The notes under the pieces are model-generated. The model made no database searches. It was not told the DNA's origin and saw only the letters and a list, made by a program, of their open reading frames with translations. A program made the translations under genes and the position numbers. This document shows, in pieces, positions 1 to 12,600 of a DNA stretch of 64,000 nt. The stretch lies in assembly GCA_030141605.1 (NCBI GenBank), contig JAQGDQ010002375.1, positions 248,001 to 312,000 of the forward strand. The letters run 5' to 3'. The stretch is from Tubiluchus corallicola (lineage: Eukaryota; Animalia; Priapulida). Position 1 is the stretch's first letter. The number at the start of each line of letters is the position of its first letter.

Positions 1-240
1 GAAATAATAAAGTGATTTATTAAGACAGCAAACACTTTTTTCGATAACTGTCAAAGTAAATAAAAATGTACAACATTGAACATTAAGAGCAACTGAATGA
101 AGCAAAACAATGCACAACAGCAGAACACTGCAGAAGAAAGCAAAGCAGAGAGGTGGAAAACACAGTACAGTTAGGTAGAACACAAAGAGCACAAAGGTCA
201 CTGTAATGTTACATATGCAGAAACCTGATTACAACCACAA

Positions 241-420
241 GAGAAGCAAACAGGAGTAAACAGAACAGAACAGAACAGAACAGGATAGAACAGAACACGA
301 CAAAACAGAATTGTTCTGGACAGGACAAAGTAGAAAAGAATAAAAATGAGCACAGCAGAATAAAACAGAGTAAAGCAGAGCAAAGAAAAAAGAGTAGAAC
401 AGTGCAGAGAATCTGTCTCA
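241..420 (+). repeat. Degenerate pentanucleotide (AGAAC)n-type microsatellite
   Basis: Runs of cagaa/acaga/gcaga units; explains the low-complexity ORFs 198-479 and 209-421. Confidence 0.8.
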
Positions 421-646
421 TAGAGTAAAAAAAGCAAGACTACTTGTATCGTGAAGTTGCTGATAATAATGAAATGCATTTTAAGTTAAAAAACATCTGC
501 CTGTTATTTTCTATTTACAATACAATAGCAGCTACTAACAGTATACTACGCAAACAATTACAGGATGTGCACAATAAATTTACACACAATTAATACTTGC
601 ATTAAAGATAATTTAAGAACGCATAAAATTTGACATGTTTACTTAC

Positions 647-3600
647 TGCATGCATCTTCGAGTTTATTTGTTAAACCCACTGGTATGATTGGATCTGGTA
701 TCTCGCGCAAATATTGCTTCAGTAAACTAGCAACAGTATTGGGATCATAGTCTGACAATGTCGGCGACAGGCCCTTATTGTAGCATTTCTTCAATGCCTC
801 TACTTTAGACTTGGTTCCTGGTTGACGATATATTCCTTCACAACTTAGTCCTGTAAAAATGTGAGCGATATTAACAACAAGGTTCACGACCCAGTGGTCT
901 TGTGGATCTACTTTGCAATAACGGCTTGTGACCAGCCAGATTTGTTAATCATTCTGGGCAGTTATGTTTGCCATACTGATCCTGGCTTTTTACCTCATAA
1001 AAAGTGGAAATATAATACATGCAAACACCTCTGCCAGTTTAGCGAACAACACATTTCTTTACACTTGACAATGCCTCGAGGCCCAAGTTACTTGAATAAG
1101 GTCACGTGAGGTTCAGTTAACCTTTGACCTATAGCAGTTGCACAAGCGAAACCGTGAAAAGGCTTATTCCTCTTTAATCAGTTTTTGTAATATTTCCAGA
1201 AAGGCAGAAAGTAAAAACAGTTTGTCACAGGCTAAAAGTAAACCTTGCCCTACAATTTGTGTCCAAATCATTCTGCTCTGGGATCTTCACAATACCACAA
1301 AATTAAATTGTAATTTAATCTAACTGAGGGTTGGATTTATTCTACTCACCACGTTCCTCTATGTAATCTATACATTCACGAACAATAGCTGGTATGGGCA
1401 CTCCATCATGACACCCTCTCTGCTCAACTGCAACTGCAAGGGGTATGCCAAATACCAGACAATCTGAAAAAAAAACACTCTATAGTAATACTAGTTACTG
1501 ACATTGTTCACAAGGACACTTCTATAAACATCATTTTTCACCTGCAGAAATTGATACATGTTAATGATTTTCCAAATTTCTTGTTTAACACTCTGTTTAC
1601 TTAAAGTCTGTAGAAACGTGTGATTTACGATGCACAACGATGACATCATTCAAATTTAATAATATTATTATTCTATGTGACTTACTGACTTTCTTCCTGA
1701 TTGGTAACATCAAATTAAAGCAGTATTAGGCTAGTTGTCTTACTGAAATTCTGAACTATGTGAATAAAGAAAAAGACATATAGTTTTGTTCCATGTACAG
1801 GTTCACATGAGTGCAGTTTTATCCCTTGTTCATCAAGACTTTCATTTCATTGTAGTCTCCACTCTCTATGGAGTATACAAAGCCAGCAGCTGTATGTTTG
1901 AAACACTCATGGCTCGGCAAGCTAAAAACATCTTTTACTTCCGATCTTTAGTCCATTCCTACACACACAGCCATCAAACTTTTTGTGTGGAAGCAGTGGC
2001 AATCAGTACGATAGTTTAAGTTACCTTGCTCAGAGGACAGCAAGTCAGAAAAGCCAGAATTAGTCCAGATTTGTGACCTCACAAGTTAAATTTAGAGAAA
2101 ATAATGAAGTAATTCTGCAAAACACTTACAATATATATGCCATTGATGTACAACTTATTTAAAATGTGAGAGAGGTAGTTCACCAAACATCAGTAGTTCA
2201 ACTACTTTATAAAATGGCAGTGACCAACTGTCCTTATGTATCAATTTGGGTGTGTATGTAATAATTTCTTCATTGTCTTGCTACCACTTATTGAGTCCTA
2301 GCAACTCGGCTGTTTTTACATCAACGAGGCTGTTTTTTCTTCAAATGATGATTAGTTCATATTGTTCCAAATTCTAAATTTTAAATGTGTGAAAACTTTT
2401 CAGTCGCAACTTTAACAAAAACTTTTAAAGGGATAAACTTGCAAGTTTAGACAAAGTTAATGTATTACAACACATTGTGAAATTTCAACTTTGTAGGGAG
2501 GACACTTGTTTCTAATATTACTGTACTTTAAATTTGATGCATTTTTTTTCACCACCCAATATAGATGCCAAACCAAGAAAGAAAAGATCCATAACAGTAC
2601 TAAGAAACCGTCACTACAAGATCTAGGAATCAAATAATAGAAAATAAAATAAACAATGATTTATACTTTACCAGGGAGGTCAGCTATTGCTCCTCCAATG
2701 TTATGCTTCTTCCTGCTTTTCAATTTCAATTTTCCAACTCCTTCCTTTTCCTTTGATTTTTCTTTCTCTTTTGCCTTTTCCTTTTCTTTTTCTTTTTCTT
2801 TCCCCCTCTCTTTTTCCTTCTCCTTTTCCCGCTCCTTCTCTTTCGCTTTCAGTTTGTCTGGTCGTTTTGCGAAACGAAACGAATGCTTTGACTTTTTGAG
2901 CTTTGAGATTGGACTTCTGAAATGAACAGCATATGACACTGAATTATGAGCTAAAAATATAATAGATTTCATGGCTGCAATACGTGTATTTCTCAAAAAG
3001 TAAATTATACTATATAACAGAAAAGTTACATTCAAAGAGGCAGATTTATAAAACCCACCAAAGGCAAGTGCATCCACACTAAATTTTTTGCAGTAAGCTT
3101 TCGATTAATAATAAAAATACAGTGTTTCAGCCAAATACAGCAGTTTTGCACTGCCGGTGAACATGTAAAGGTAAAGGAGGGCAGGATGATTTTTCATATA
3201 CTACCCAATTCTCAAGCCTCATAAAACATACGCATTTTAACAGAATTAGTACTGCAAAAGCGTTTTTGATATTTAAATAATAGAATAAAATCTTAACTAA
3301 CAGCGGGCGAACCCAACTGTTGATGACATCGCAAACTAATATAATTTTCAACAGCAAAAATATTCCACAAGCGTGTTGCACGAGTTTGCGAAAGCGAAAG
3401 TTGAATATAGTGCTACTGTAAGATATTCAATGTGTTGTACTAAAACTAGGCAAGTTTTAAGATAAAAATTTAAGTTTCAAATTTACCGCTGTGCTCATGC
3501 ATAAGCTGTCAAATGTGTGTCAAAGCTGTCATTCCTGCTCACTCGTGTAAAAAAACGAAACATGGCAATCTACACGGCAATGCCCTCATTCAAAATTCGC

Positions 3601-5334
3601 CAGAAAAATTTAAGTTATAAGTTTCCTTTGTTTAATAATAATTATGTGTAATCATAAAAATGCGTTAAAAAAACTTAAATGCCTGTTGAGATAATACAGA
3701 CCTTTAACAAATCACAATATGTTATCTGACAATCTGCTATAGACATTTTAAGGATGACAAACATTGAAGGTCTACAAGTTCAGTTGATGGCAGCTTTATG
3801 ATAAAGAACCAACACTATAAACATAAATATGACAAGGCTGAGACCATATTTTTCTCATTAAAACAAAATATCCATCGTTAAAAGAGAGAAAGATATTAAA
3901 AGCTTGTCGTCATGAAAAAGAATTGACAAGAATGGCAGGAAAGTTTCTTTTTTACGTCACGTTCTACGTCATTACTAGCTACACAAGCAGAAATTTGCAT
4001 TTCACTACATTAGTAACAAACATGTTATCGAAACTGAAATTACAAGCCGAAACCGAAATTTACGAAACATAGGAAACCGATACCGAAACTAAACGGAACC
4101 GAAATCATTTTTGCAAAACCACCTACTATCAAAAAACGAAGAATATTCAGAAATAAATAAAATACTTTGTTATTGCTTGTTTGGTTTTATTGCTCTGATA
4201 CAAGCTCGATGAAGTAGCTAGGCAAAAAATACCTAACCAAAAAAGTAGCACAATGTTTATGGCTAAAGATCACGAAGTTTCAAAAAAGTTGACAAATTTT
4301 ATTTTGTAAACATTTTGTTGCCTATATTTCATATATTATAAAATCAGACAGTTTTTTAGTCAAATTATGCTTTAATATTACGGTTGATTGTGCCTGGAGA
4401 TCTTAAAGCTTCTCAGCTGTCAGCACTGAAAATATGCCACATTGCTGTAAAAAGTATGCTACAAATGGTACAAAAAGTTAAATTAAATTAAACTATTTTA
4501 GCCAAAATTATTTTTCAGCAATTTTTAACATTCAGAAAAAAGGTAAGTTGGATAAATACTACGAAAACCTTGGAAAAGTGCTTCCGAAAATAATTTGCAG
4601 CTGCGAAACTTAATACTTTTCGGTGAAAGCAAACTCAACAGAAAGTGCAAACCAAAACAAAATTTCATTCAGTAATATCCCTGATTAGTGAGTTGTAAAT
4701 CAAAATTGATGTTACAAATGTGCAAAAAATATAAGAAAGTAAGATATCACTCACTTCGTTCCATCAGGAACAAGTTCTTCTCCCGAACTTTCACCTTCAA
4801 AAACTTTGTAACCACGATCCTTTTTATCCTTCTTGTCTTTCTTTTTGGAATCTTTTTTCCGAGATGATTTTTCACCTTCATCATCTGGAAAAAACGACAA
4901 TAACAACACTTTTAATTGACCACGTTGTAGCCTTGCCTAGATAAGAAGTTGGATGTTCATTCACAGCCTTCATATTGAAATAGGGCATCAAGGAAATAAA
5001 ACCCTTCTTCTGTCTATCTGAATTACTACAATCACGACACATTCTAATTCTCATCAAGACAGCATACGTTCTTTATTTTATAAGGGTTATGTATAAAATT
5101 AAGTTCAACTAAATTATCTTTGACATAAGTGTGAAATGAGAATCTCTAAGGAAGTTAAATATACTAACAGTATACCATGGTATACAATTTACATAAAAGT
5201 AGTTGCATAATGACCATAACAAGCAAACAAAGTCATTGGAATTTACACAATGAAAATTTTGGGTCACATATGTACTTACCTAAATCGTCATCTGCCGAAT
5301 ACAACCCAGGAAAGTCTTTATCATCAAAACTCAT
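647..5334 (-). CDS. RALBP1: RalA-binding protein 1 (RLIP76, RhoGAP), 5' part; gene continues beyond window start
   Basis: Phase-consistent GT-AG exons 5334-5280 (MSFDDKDFPGLYSAD), 4884-4755 (KKDKKDRGYKVFEGESSGEE), 2916-2672 (K/E-rich), 1463-1350 (VFGIPLAVAVEQRGCHDGVPIPAIVRECIDYIEERG) and 850-647 (LSCEGIYRQPGTKSKVEALK...YDPNTVASLLKQYLREIP). These match the RALBP1 FPGLY and GY..F...SSG.E motifs and the RhoGAP domain with its arginine finger (GIYR). Confidence 0.93.
3165..3707 (+). mobile_element. Dispersed repeat family A (putative non-autonomous DNA transposon, AAAGG...CCTTTAA ends, possibly Kolobok-like)
   Basis: The 5' part aligns by eye with 25824-26180 (caggatgatttttcat...tgatgacatc...aatttaccgctgtgctcatgcat). 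The 3' part aligns with 22155-22340 (cgaaacatggc...gtttaataataa...gacctttaa). Confidence 0.65.
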
Positions 5335-7283
5335 TGCCCCTTTTTACTCCAACGTTTTACTCCTTTTGACAAAATGCTCTAACATACCTGTAAAACTAGA
5401 GGCTGCATTATGCTGACTTGGCAGTAATTTTACTTACGCATACAAAGGAACAAATAAACTTTTTTAAGTAAACGTATAACTTTTAAAATAGGTGACAATT
5501 CTTCAAGTGTATTTGCTAAGTATAAAGTAAAGTAGAGATACACGGTTAGGTATCTTAACAAAACATAACACATATTCTGCATTTAGTAACGAGGTATATA
5601 AAGTGGCAGACAGTTTGAGGCTTTTAAGCTAACAAATTTACAAAGTTTAAATTTGAAAAGATGTGAATCTTGATATGTTACTGTTCATCACTTCTTCAGG
5701 TAATTTCATAGTGAACAATACAACATGATGAGAGAAAAAATGGTGCAGAAAAAATGGTTAAAAACAATTTTCTACTTGGGTTTAGTAACTGACATCACCT
5801 ACAAAACGAAATTAGTTCTTTTAATTGCAATAGCAATAAAAACTTGACACATCGATCCTGTATTCTAACAATGATTTAAAATTTTGTGTTTATATGTAAA
5901 TGAGTAAGAAACACTGAACTATATTTTGTTTTTGCATAAAATCGTAATAGTATGATGCAATAGCAGCTACCACCTATAAATGACATGCAGAATCTGCATA
6001 CGCTCTCTCCTGTAAAATGGCGTTCTGTGTTTTACAAAAATACGTATTCTACCTATAAATGTACGGTACGGTACTTGAGTGGTTCATTTTTGCTAGCTTT
6101 GCCTACGACATATTGTCCTGAATGGCATACTCCTCATTAGTGTTACTACACTCATACTACATAGTGAATTTCTCCATAATTATTCTTACAGATACAATTA
6201 TAGTATTACAGTTCAGTTTATCATAAATCAACACATTTGACCCATTTGCCATACCACCACTGACCTTGCTTCCTCACCATACTATGACAACTGCCGCTAG
6301 GCAGCACTTCCACTTGAGAGACAACATAAATATAAAACACGAGAGAGAAAATGTGTGATAAAACAATTAACAGAGGTTTATCAAGAGAGACAACTATTGG
6401 CAAAAAGCCTATTTATAGGCTTCGCCTTGTCGATCTACGGTAATCTACTGTAATGGTAATTACTCATATGGTATTATTCGAGTATATATATATATATACT
6501 GATCAAGTACACGATTATTTTGCATGCAAAAGTATATATATTTATTTCCTATTATTTAAAATTGTTTATAGTAATATACAGTCATCCTGTAGCAAAACAG
6601 GTAAATAGTAAGTTTACATGCACCTTTATAGCTTACTACTATTCAATTTGTTATGTATTTATAGAGGTATTCTCAATTCTAAGTGTAAAATGTTTGCAAT
6701 TTCTGCGCTACTTCATTAAATTATTGTACTATATTATTATAATTATTTCTGTACAACTACAGTATTTTATACAGTTTAATATTAGAATAAGAGCAACATG
6801 TACAGGACTGTATGGTCGTATGCTGCCCTCACATTTCCCATTGTTTTGTTGCATCTTGATGTAGTACTAGTACTAGCCATGTGTGTGAAATAAAAGGATT
6901 CTTATTCTTACACTATGCATGAAATTAACAGATGATTTTGCCAATTTTTACCACCCTAAAACTTATGAACTTAAACTCCTTATTTTAACCCGGGATTCTC
7001 CAATGGACCTTATTTGGTTTATACACTTTTTTTAGTCTAAATAGTGGCGAGAGTTACGATATTAGAATAAAAACGAGATGAGCAAAACTTCGACACAATG
7101 CTCAACCCAAAGCATGACAACATCATGTTAAGCCCAATCATTCAGCTGCAACCGAGTACGAATTAACAGAATTCTTTATCTCCACATTAATTTTGTCATT
7201 CAAAAGTCAGTACACCAGGATAAAAAACATACAGATCATTAAAATATAAGAAAACAGCTCATAAAAATTTGTTAAGTATTTAC

Positions 7284-7406
7284 CATTTCCAATCCACGTG
7301 AATGTGAATTCGAATTGCCTGACACCTAGCGAAAAAAATATGAGCCATTAACGCGCGAATTTGGAATTATCTATTACGGCCGTTCAGAGAAGAAGACTTT
7401 AGTACG
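7284..7406. promoter_or_regulatory. Putative bidirectional promoter and non-coding first exons of RALBP1 (minus) and ERCC6L (plus)
   Basis: The first coding exons of both genes start after AG acceptors (5388-5389 minus; 9566-9567 plus), which implies upstream UTR exons. A locally CpG-rich patch has divergent donor-like sites (minus GTAAAT at 7283; plus GTAATT at 7407), an E2F-like CGCGCGAA (7352-7359), a CHR-like TTCGAA (7309-7314) and an E-box CACGTG (7295-7300). This is inference. Confidence 0.45.
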
Positions 7407-7744
7407 GTAATTGTGGCGATTAATTAATGTGACTTCAGATTTCGCAATTCTTAATTTTATCTTTGATATTTCTGAGTAAAGCACATTGTTGATAAGTAAT
7501 GCGCAGCGTTGTATAGAACTTAGTTGTTTATATAGTAGTTTATTCAAAAGTTGCAAAATTTTAACATATGAAAATTATGCGTGATAGGCTTCTTATTAAA
7601 GCATTAGTGCAGATGGCATAATATCTAGGTCTACATAATAGAATAGCAGGCTCACAATTCTCTGGGAGTATGAATTGACAACCATAAATTGCTCGAACCA
7701 CAAAGAATACCTCATCCAAAGAAATAAACGGTCCTCATGTCCTC

Positions 7745-7825
7745 TCTAATTCCTTATCGGAAGAAGTCATAGAATTACATACGATCGACAGTTTCAAAAA
7801 TGTTCTAGACAGATATTTATGCACT
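7745..7825 (+). mobile_element. CR1-like LINE 3'-end relic
   Basis: Translates as NSLSEEVIELHTIDSFKNVLDRY, resembling the CR1 ORF2 C-terminus (WNSLP.EVV.A.....FK..LD). Confidence 0.45.
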
Positions 7826-8249
7826 AAAGGTCTCCTATATTAATATCTTTTAGGTATGATTGGAGGCAGAGCACGTTTTTTGTAAATATCTGTCCACAAA
7901 GAGCACAATGAATTGCCCTTTAATTATGTGAAGATAACTGCTTTGTTACGTATGACAAATATCACAACGTGCTCACCATTATGGTAAGCATAGCCTTTGA
8001 AACTGTTAACTGGTTGATGATGAAAGATGATTACCTTCGATGATCGGGCCAAAGCTAATAGCTTTTTGCTCATGCTTGCAATACTTCATTATATACCTGA
8101 TATATTCGCCCTGATATAAAAGGGATTTAGGCACCAGACGGATGGATGGATACATAACGTTGTGGGTCCAGTTAAACACTGTAACTGTTAATACTATAAT
8201 AACTGTCATTGTGGTGTATAATCAGGTGGGAGTCTTTAATTCTCCGCCA

Positions 8250-8990
8250 ATAAAGTCCATTCAGGCTGAAGTGGGTTGTGATACATTTCAGGATGGTCTT
8301 TCCAATACTAATCCAGTTGTGTCTTAAAGTGTGAAGCATTAGTGGCACACCATATCTTAGTATTTAATGAATTCCTGTCATTGACAGTCCTGAACATAAA
8401 CCTATTCCTGTTTCTGCATCTGGGCTTAATAACTTTATATCTAGTACCTCGTACATTATTAGCAAAATAACGACCAGGCTGTAGTTTAGTCAGATTGTTC
8501 TTGATACGAAACATCAGGATCAAATCACTTCTTCGAAATCTCAATGAAGGGAGTTTCAAATTCCTCATCCGTTCTGAATATGTCAGATGGCTCATGGCCG
8601 GGAACTAATTTTGTAGCTCTATGTTGGACAGATTCCACTTTTCTTATTGCATTCAGTCTAGAGATTTCATATGATAGTTAAGGATAGGACGGACAGATGT
8701 TTTGTATAAAATCAGAAACATTAGGATATCTAGGAAACTCAAAGTTCTAATTAACCAAAGCCTCTTTCTTGCTTTCTTGGTGACTTCATCAATATGTTGG
8801 CTAAATGTCAGCTTGTTATCCACATATACCCCAAGATCCTTTTGACACTCAATTTGCGTTATGAATCTCTGCCAGCCTGACGTATCACTCATGAAGTAGT
8901 TAAATTCGTCATGGTTGTTCCCTAGATGTAAAGTTTTGCATTTAACTGTGTTAAATGGCATTTGATACCATGATTCCATGGTTGAACTAC
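8250..8990 (-). mobile_element. CR1-clade LINE fragment (RT C-terminus and 3' end, frameshifted)
   Basis: ORFs 8979-8653 (W.MPFNTVKCKTLHLG...KDLGVYVDNKLTFSQHI...LYKTSVRPIL) and 8595-8308 (LTYSERMRNLKLPSLRFRR.DLI...FKTQLD) carry characteristic CR1 ORF2 motifs. Confidence 0.88.
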
Positions 8991-9618
8991 ACGATGCCCA
9001 AAGAAGTGTGATTTAATGTTGGTTCTAGCTGATTGCACAAATAACTTAGACTCACGACCATGCACAACTCAGTGAGGTATTGAAAAAAGTCTATGAGACG
9101 GTCACGAAGCCCAGCAAAAGATTATTATATTTCGTTTAAACGGTATTTTATATACATGTATGAAATGTCCGTACTCAAAAATGTTTGAATATGTATCCTG
9201 GTAATACAATTTCTGCATATCTTGATCATGGAAAATCAATATTTGGTCAGGGAAAAGTCAGGGAAATTTATTTTAATAAAATTCTGTGAGAACCCTGACA
9301 TCACTTGGAACTCTGTTATTCTCACATCACAATTTACATAGGAGATGCATTTGCTAATAAGTCCATGTTACTTTTGGGTTGTCTTATTAACTAGTGAATA
9401 TTAAAGTCATGTATTAAGATAAGTAGCAAGACAAAAATATGCTACTGTAACGTCTTTATTATAGTGAAGGTGCTTTAGTCAGTACATAAATTTACTCTTG
9501 GTTTCAATCCGTGTTGCGATGTCATGACTGCCATCTTGATCTTTTACACAGTATTTATTTGTTTCAGCGATATCGTAATCTGTCCTAACTAGTTCTCTGA
9601 CAAGACTAGCATGGTATT

Positions 9619-12600
9619 ATGGATGGTGTGACGGAACGCGACAAAGAGAGGTTCTATAAACTAGTAAAAAAGGCAAGACAGCAAGCAGAGGAAGGACAAC
9701 TTGTGGCATCCATAACCAGTTTCAAATTGGCATATGACATATTCCCTTCTGAAAAAGTTAAACGCCGAATTACAAAAATAGAGGTTATATATCTAATTAG
9801 AAAGTTTTGACTTATCAGTGTTTATTTTAAAGACTAAGAAAAGGCAATGTTAAACTATGTTACAAAAGGCTTTCCATGCACAGTTATATTACTTAGCATT
9901 ACGCTTGCCTGTTTGAAAGATTTGTGTAACTTCTTAATAATAGGAAATTCTTAATAATTTAAAATGTTTGCGCCAATTGGTCAAATATCACTGACTGACC
10001 TTCCCAGTGTTGGACCACTGACTCACAAAAGAACTATTTTTATTCTTATTGATAAGATGTTATAATTTTGCTTAGTTAGTGAAGTCTTTGCTACGAATGC
10101 TTTGATTATTTTTTCAAGCTTCAGTATTATCTAAACTTGTTTCAAATGACTTACTGTCAAAATGGCTGTGCCTAACAGTCATCGCGGAAATTTAAATTCT
10201 CAAGTTTTATACATTGTTACTGTTAATGCAAGCCCTGTGTGCAATAAGACAACATTTAAGTGGTATAAAATTTCAAAAAAAATTTTTTTTTAAAGCTTTA
10301 TGTAAGTGAATGGTTTTCTTGTGCTTTAAAGTTTACAACATTATTACATCACTGTGCTATAACATAAATAAAACTGTTGTCTCATGTCTTTTGCTCAAAC
10401 TTTTTGTTATCAACAGATTTAGTGTAGCAGATTTCCTGTATTTCTTTCACTAACAATGTTTGTGTTTTTTCATTATTTATCAATGATTATGACTCTTTTA
10501 ATCTTGAATCTTGAATGTTTGGCTTTATACTTAAACAAATTTTAAATTAGACCAGGTTTAAAAAGAGAGAGAGGGTGTGTTCGTTAAAGTTGATGTTGCT
10601 TATTAAATTTCAGTGGATGGTTAGTCAAAGTCCTGGAATTCTCACAAGTTATGAATTCATCTTTTCTACATATTAGCATGACTTTAAAATCTATGATCTT
10701 CACGTTTTTCATTTCACTGTAAAGCTACAGGTTAACAATTTATTTGTACTTTCTTGTAGGCATTCATGAAAGAGAATGATGTCACTGAAGAAAAAGAAGA
10801 AGAAGACAGTACAATGGTTCAAATGAAGAATGGCTTTGTGTTGTATAAAGAAATCTATGATCGTCTGTACAGGTATCAGGTAGAGGGCGTACAATGGTTG
10901 CACGACTTACACCAAAAGCGTACTGGAGGCATTTTAGGAGATGATATGGGGTAAGTTTAGTATAATGAGCAGAATATTGTTTGCACTTTTTGATGGATTT
11001 TTGCACTGATAAAAAATGAGAATTCAGCCTCGCTCAATTTTTTAATTTTCCATATATTTACAAGCTTAGAATATAATTTGAAAAAGTGCATGTATTTATT
11101 GAATTACAATAATATGTGTCTTGCAAAAAAAGGTCCATGAGTTAGCAATTAAACTTTTTTAGTTGTTCGCACATCCTGAATCTCCAATTCTTGAAGATTA
11201 TTTTGATACCAAGCTATGTTATTTCTACGCTGATACAATCCACGTTGAAGTTGAAATGCACGCTGCTCACTGAAAAACATAATATTGAGAAAATCGCTGT
11301 CAAATTTTGCCATTGTTTTTCGCAAAGGAATTAGCAACCGAATGAACGGATGGTTGCTATGGACTTTGCAAGAGCATATTGAAATTATATTTAAATTCAG
11401 TAGATGGCTCTTCCGGACAAAAATCTGGCCTTGACAAAAGGAAACAAAATAACAGCTTCCACAAGCTACTATCGGCATTTGAAAATGTCTGTGACAAACG
11501 CAACACTAGTTTTTAGGCGAAGTGGGTAAGAGTTATAAAACAAAATTTTTAGTATTTTTTTAACATTTTCCTGATGATTTGATGCTAGAATATAAAATTA
11601 CAATATATTTAGCTTTTGCTTTTATAAAAAAAGTTAATATCTGGCCCAATTTTTGGTGCATTCTATTTTCAAGCATAACATGGTTTTAGCTATTCCTACT
11701 TGTGGAGCATTTTGGTTTGCAAGCACACATATAGTAATTACAATTTTATATTTATTATAGGTTAGGGAAAACTATTCAAGTAATCGGCTTTCTAAGTGGA
11801 ATGTTTGATGCTGGTCGTCTGAACTCAGTTCTCATCGTGATGCCCGTATCCCTTATTCCAAATTGGGAGAAAGAATTTGATAACTGGTAAAATCAAAAGC
11901 ATAAAAGTAACATTTTTTATGTCGATAATTGTTAGTCACAAAATTTTTTTCTGCGTCATTAGTGTCAATTATAATTTTGGATTTTAGTTTAAACGTAGTT
12001 TTATTGTAATAATGAGAGCGATACGAGTGATTGAACAAGACAGTGTTACAGCAGATAAACGTTCTTGCTGATGGGACATAACACTTAGAAGAGTGCAGAC
12101 AACAAATAAACAGTAGAAGCATTACAGTATAATACTAGCAGTAGATATACATACATAGCATAATGTTGAAAATAACCATAGTATTGCTTTCGCATCGTAA
12201 ACAATGTAAACTAATACAGTGGTTATAAGCGCTTAATAAGAAATATAAATTTCTGTACAAGCTTAAATACTTGAGTATTAACAGTTATGTAAATTCTGGA
12301 TTTTTGATCAAGAAGTCTCTTTAATTACCACTATAATATAGTAACAAGAGCTAGTTTTCTGTGATCATGCTATAGCTCTTGTATATAATGGAAATTTTTT
12401 AAACTGCTGCAATGTGAAACCATCTGACGACTGTTAAGGTAGATGAAAATCAGTACTGCCAATGTTTTGCATAAATTGCCAATCGTGATAGTATTTTGCT
12501 GCTATAATAAGTTTTTGCTTACTACGTACCACTTTGCTTCATGTTTGTGTGATAAATCTTTGCGCTTGGAAATGATTTTGGAACTTAAAGGCAAAAAACA

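Noticed and set aside
198-479. Cys/Phe/Leu-rich ORFs
   Set aside because: Products of a pentanucleotide repeat in a RALBP1 intron.
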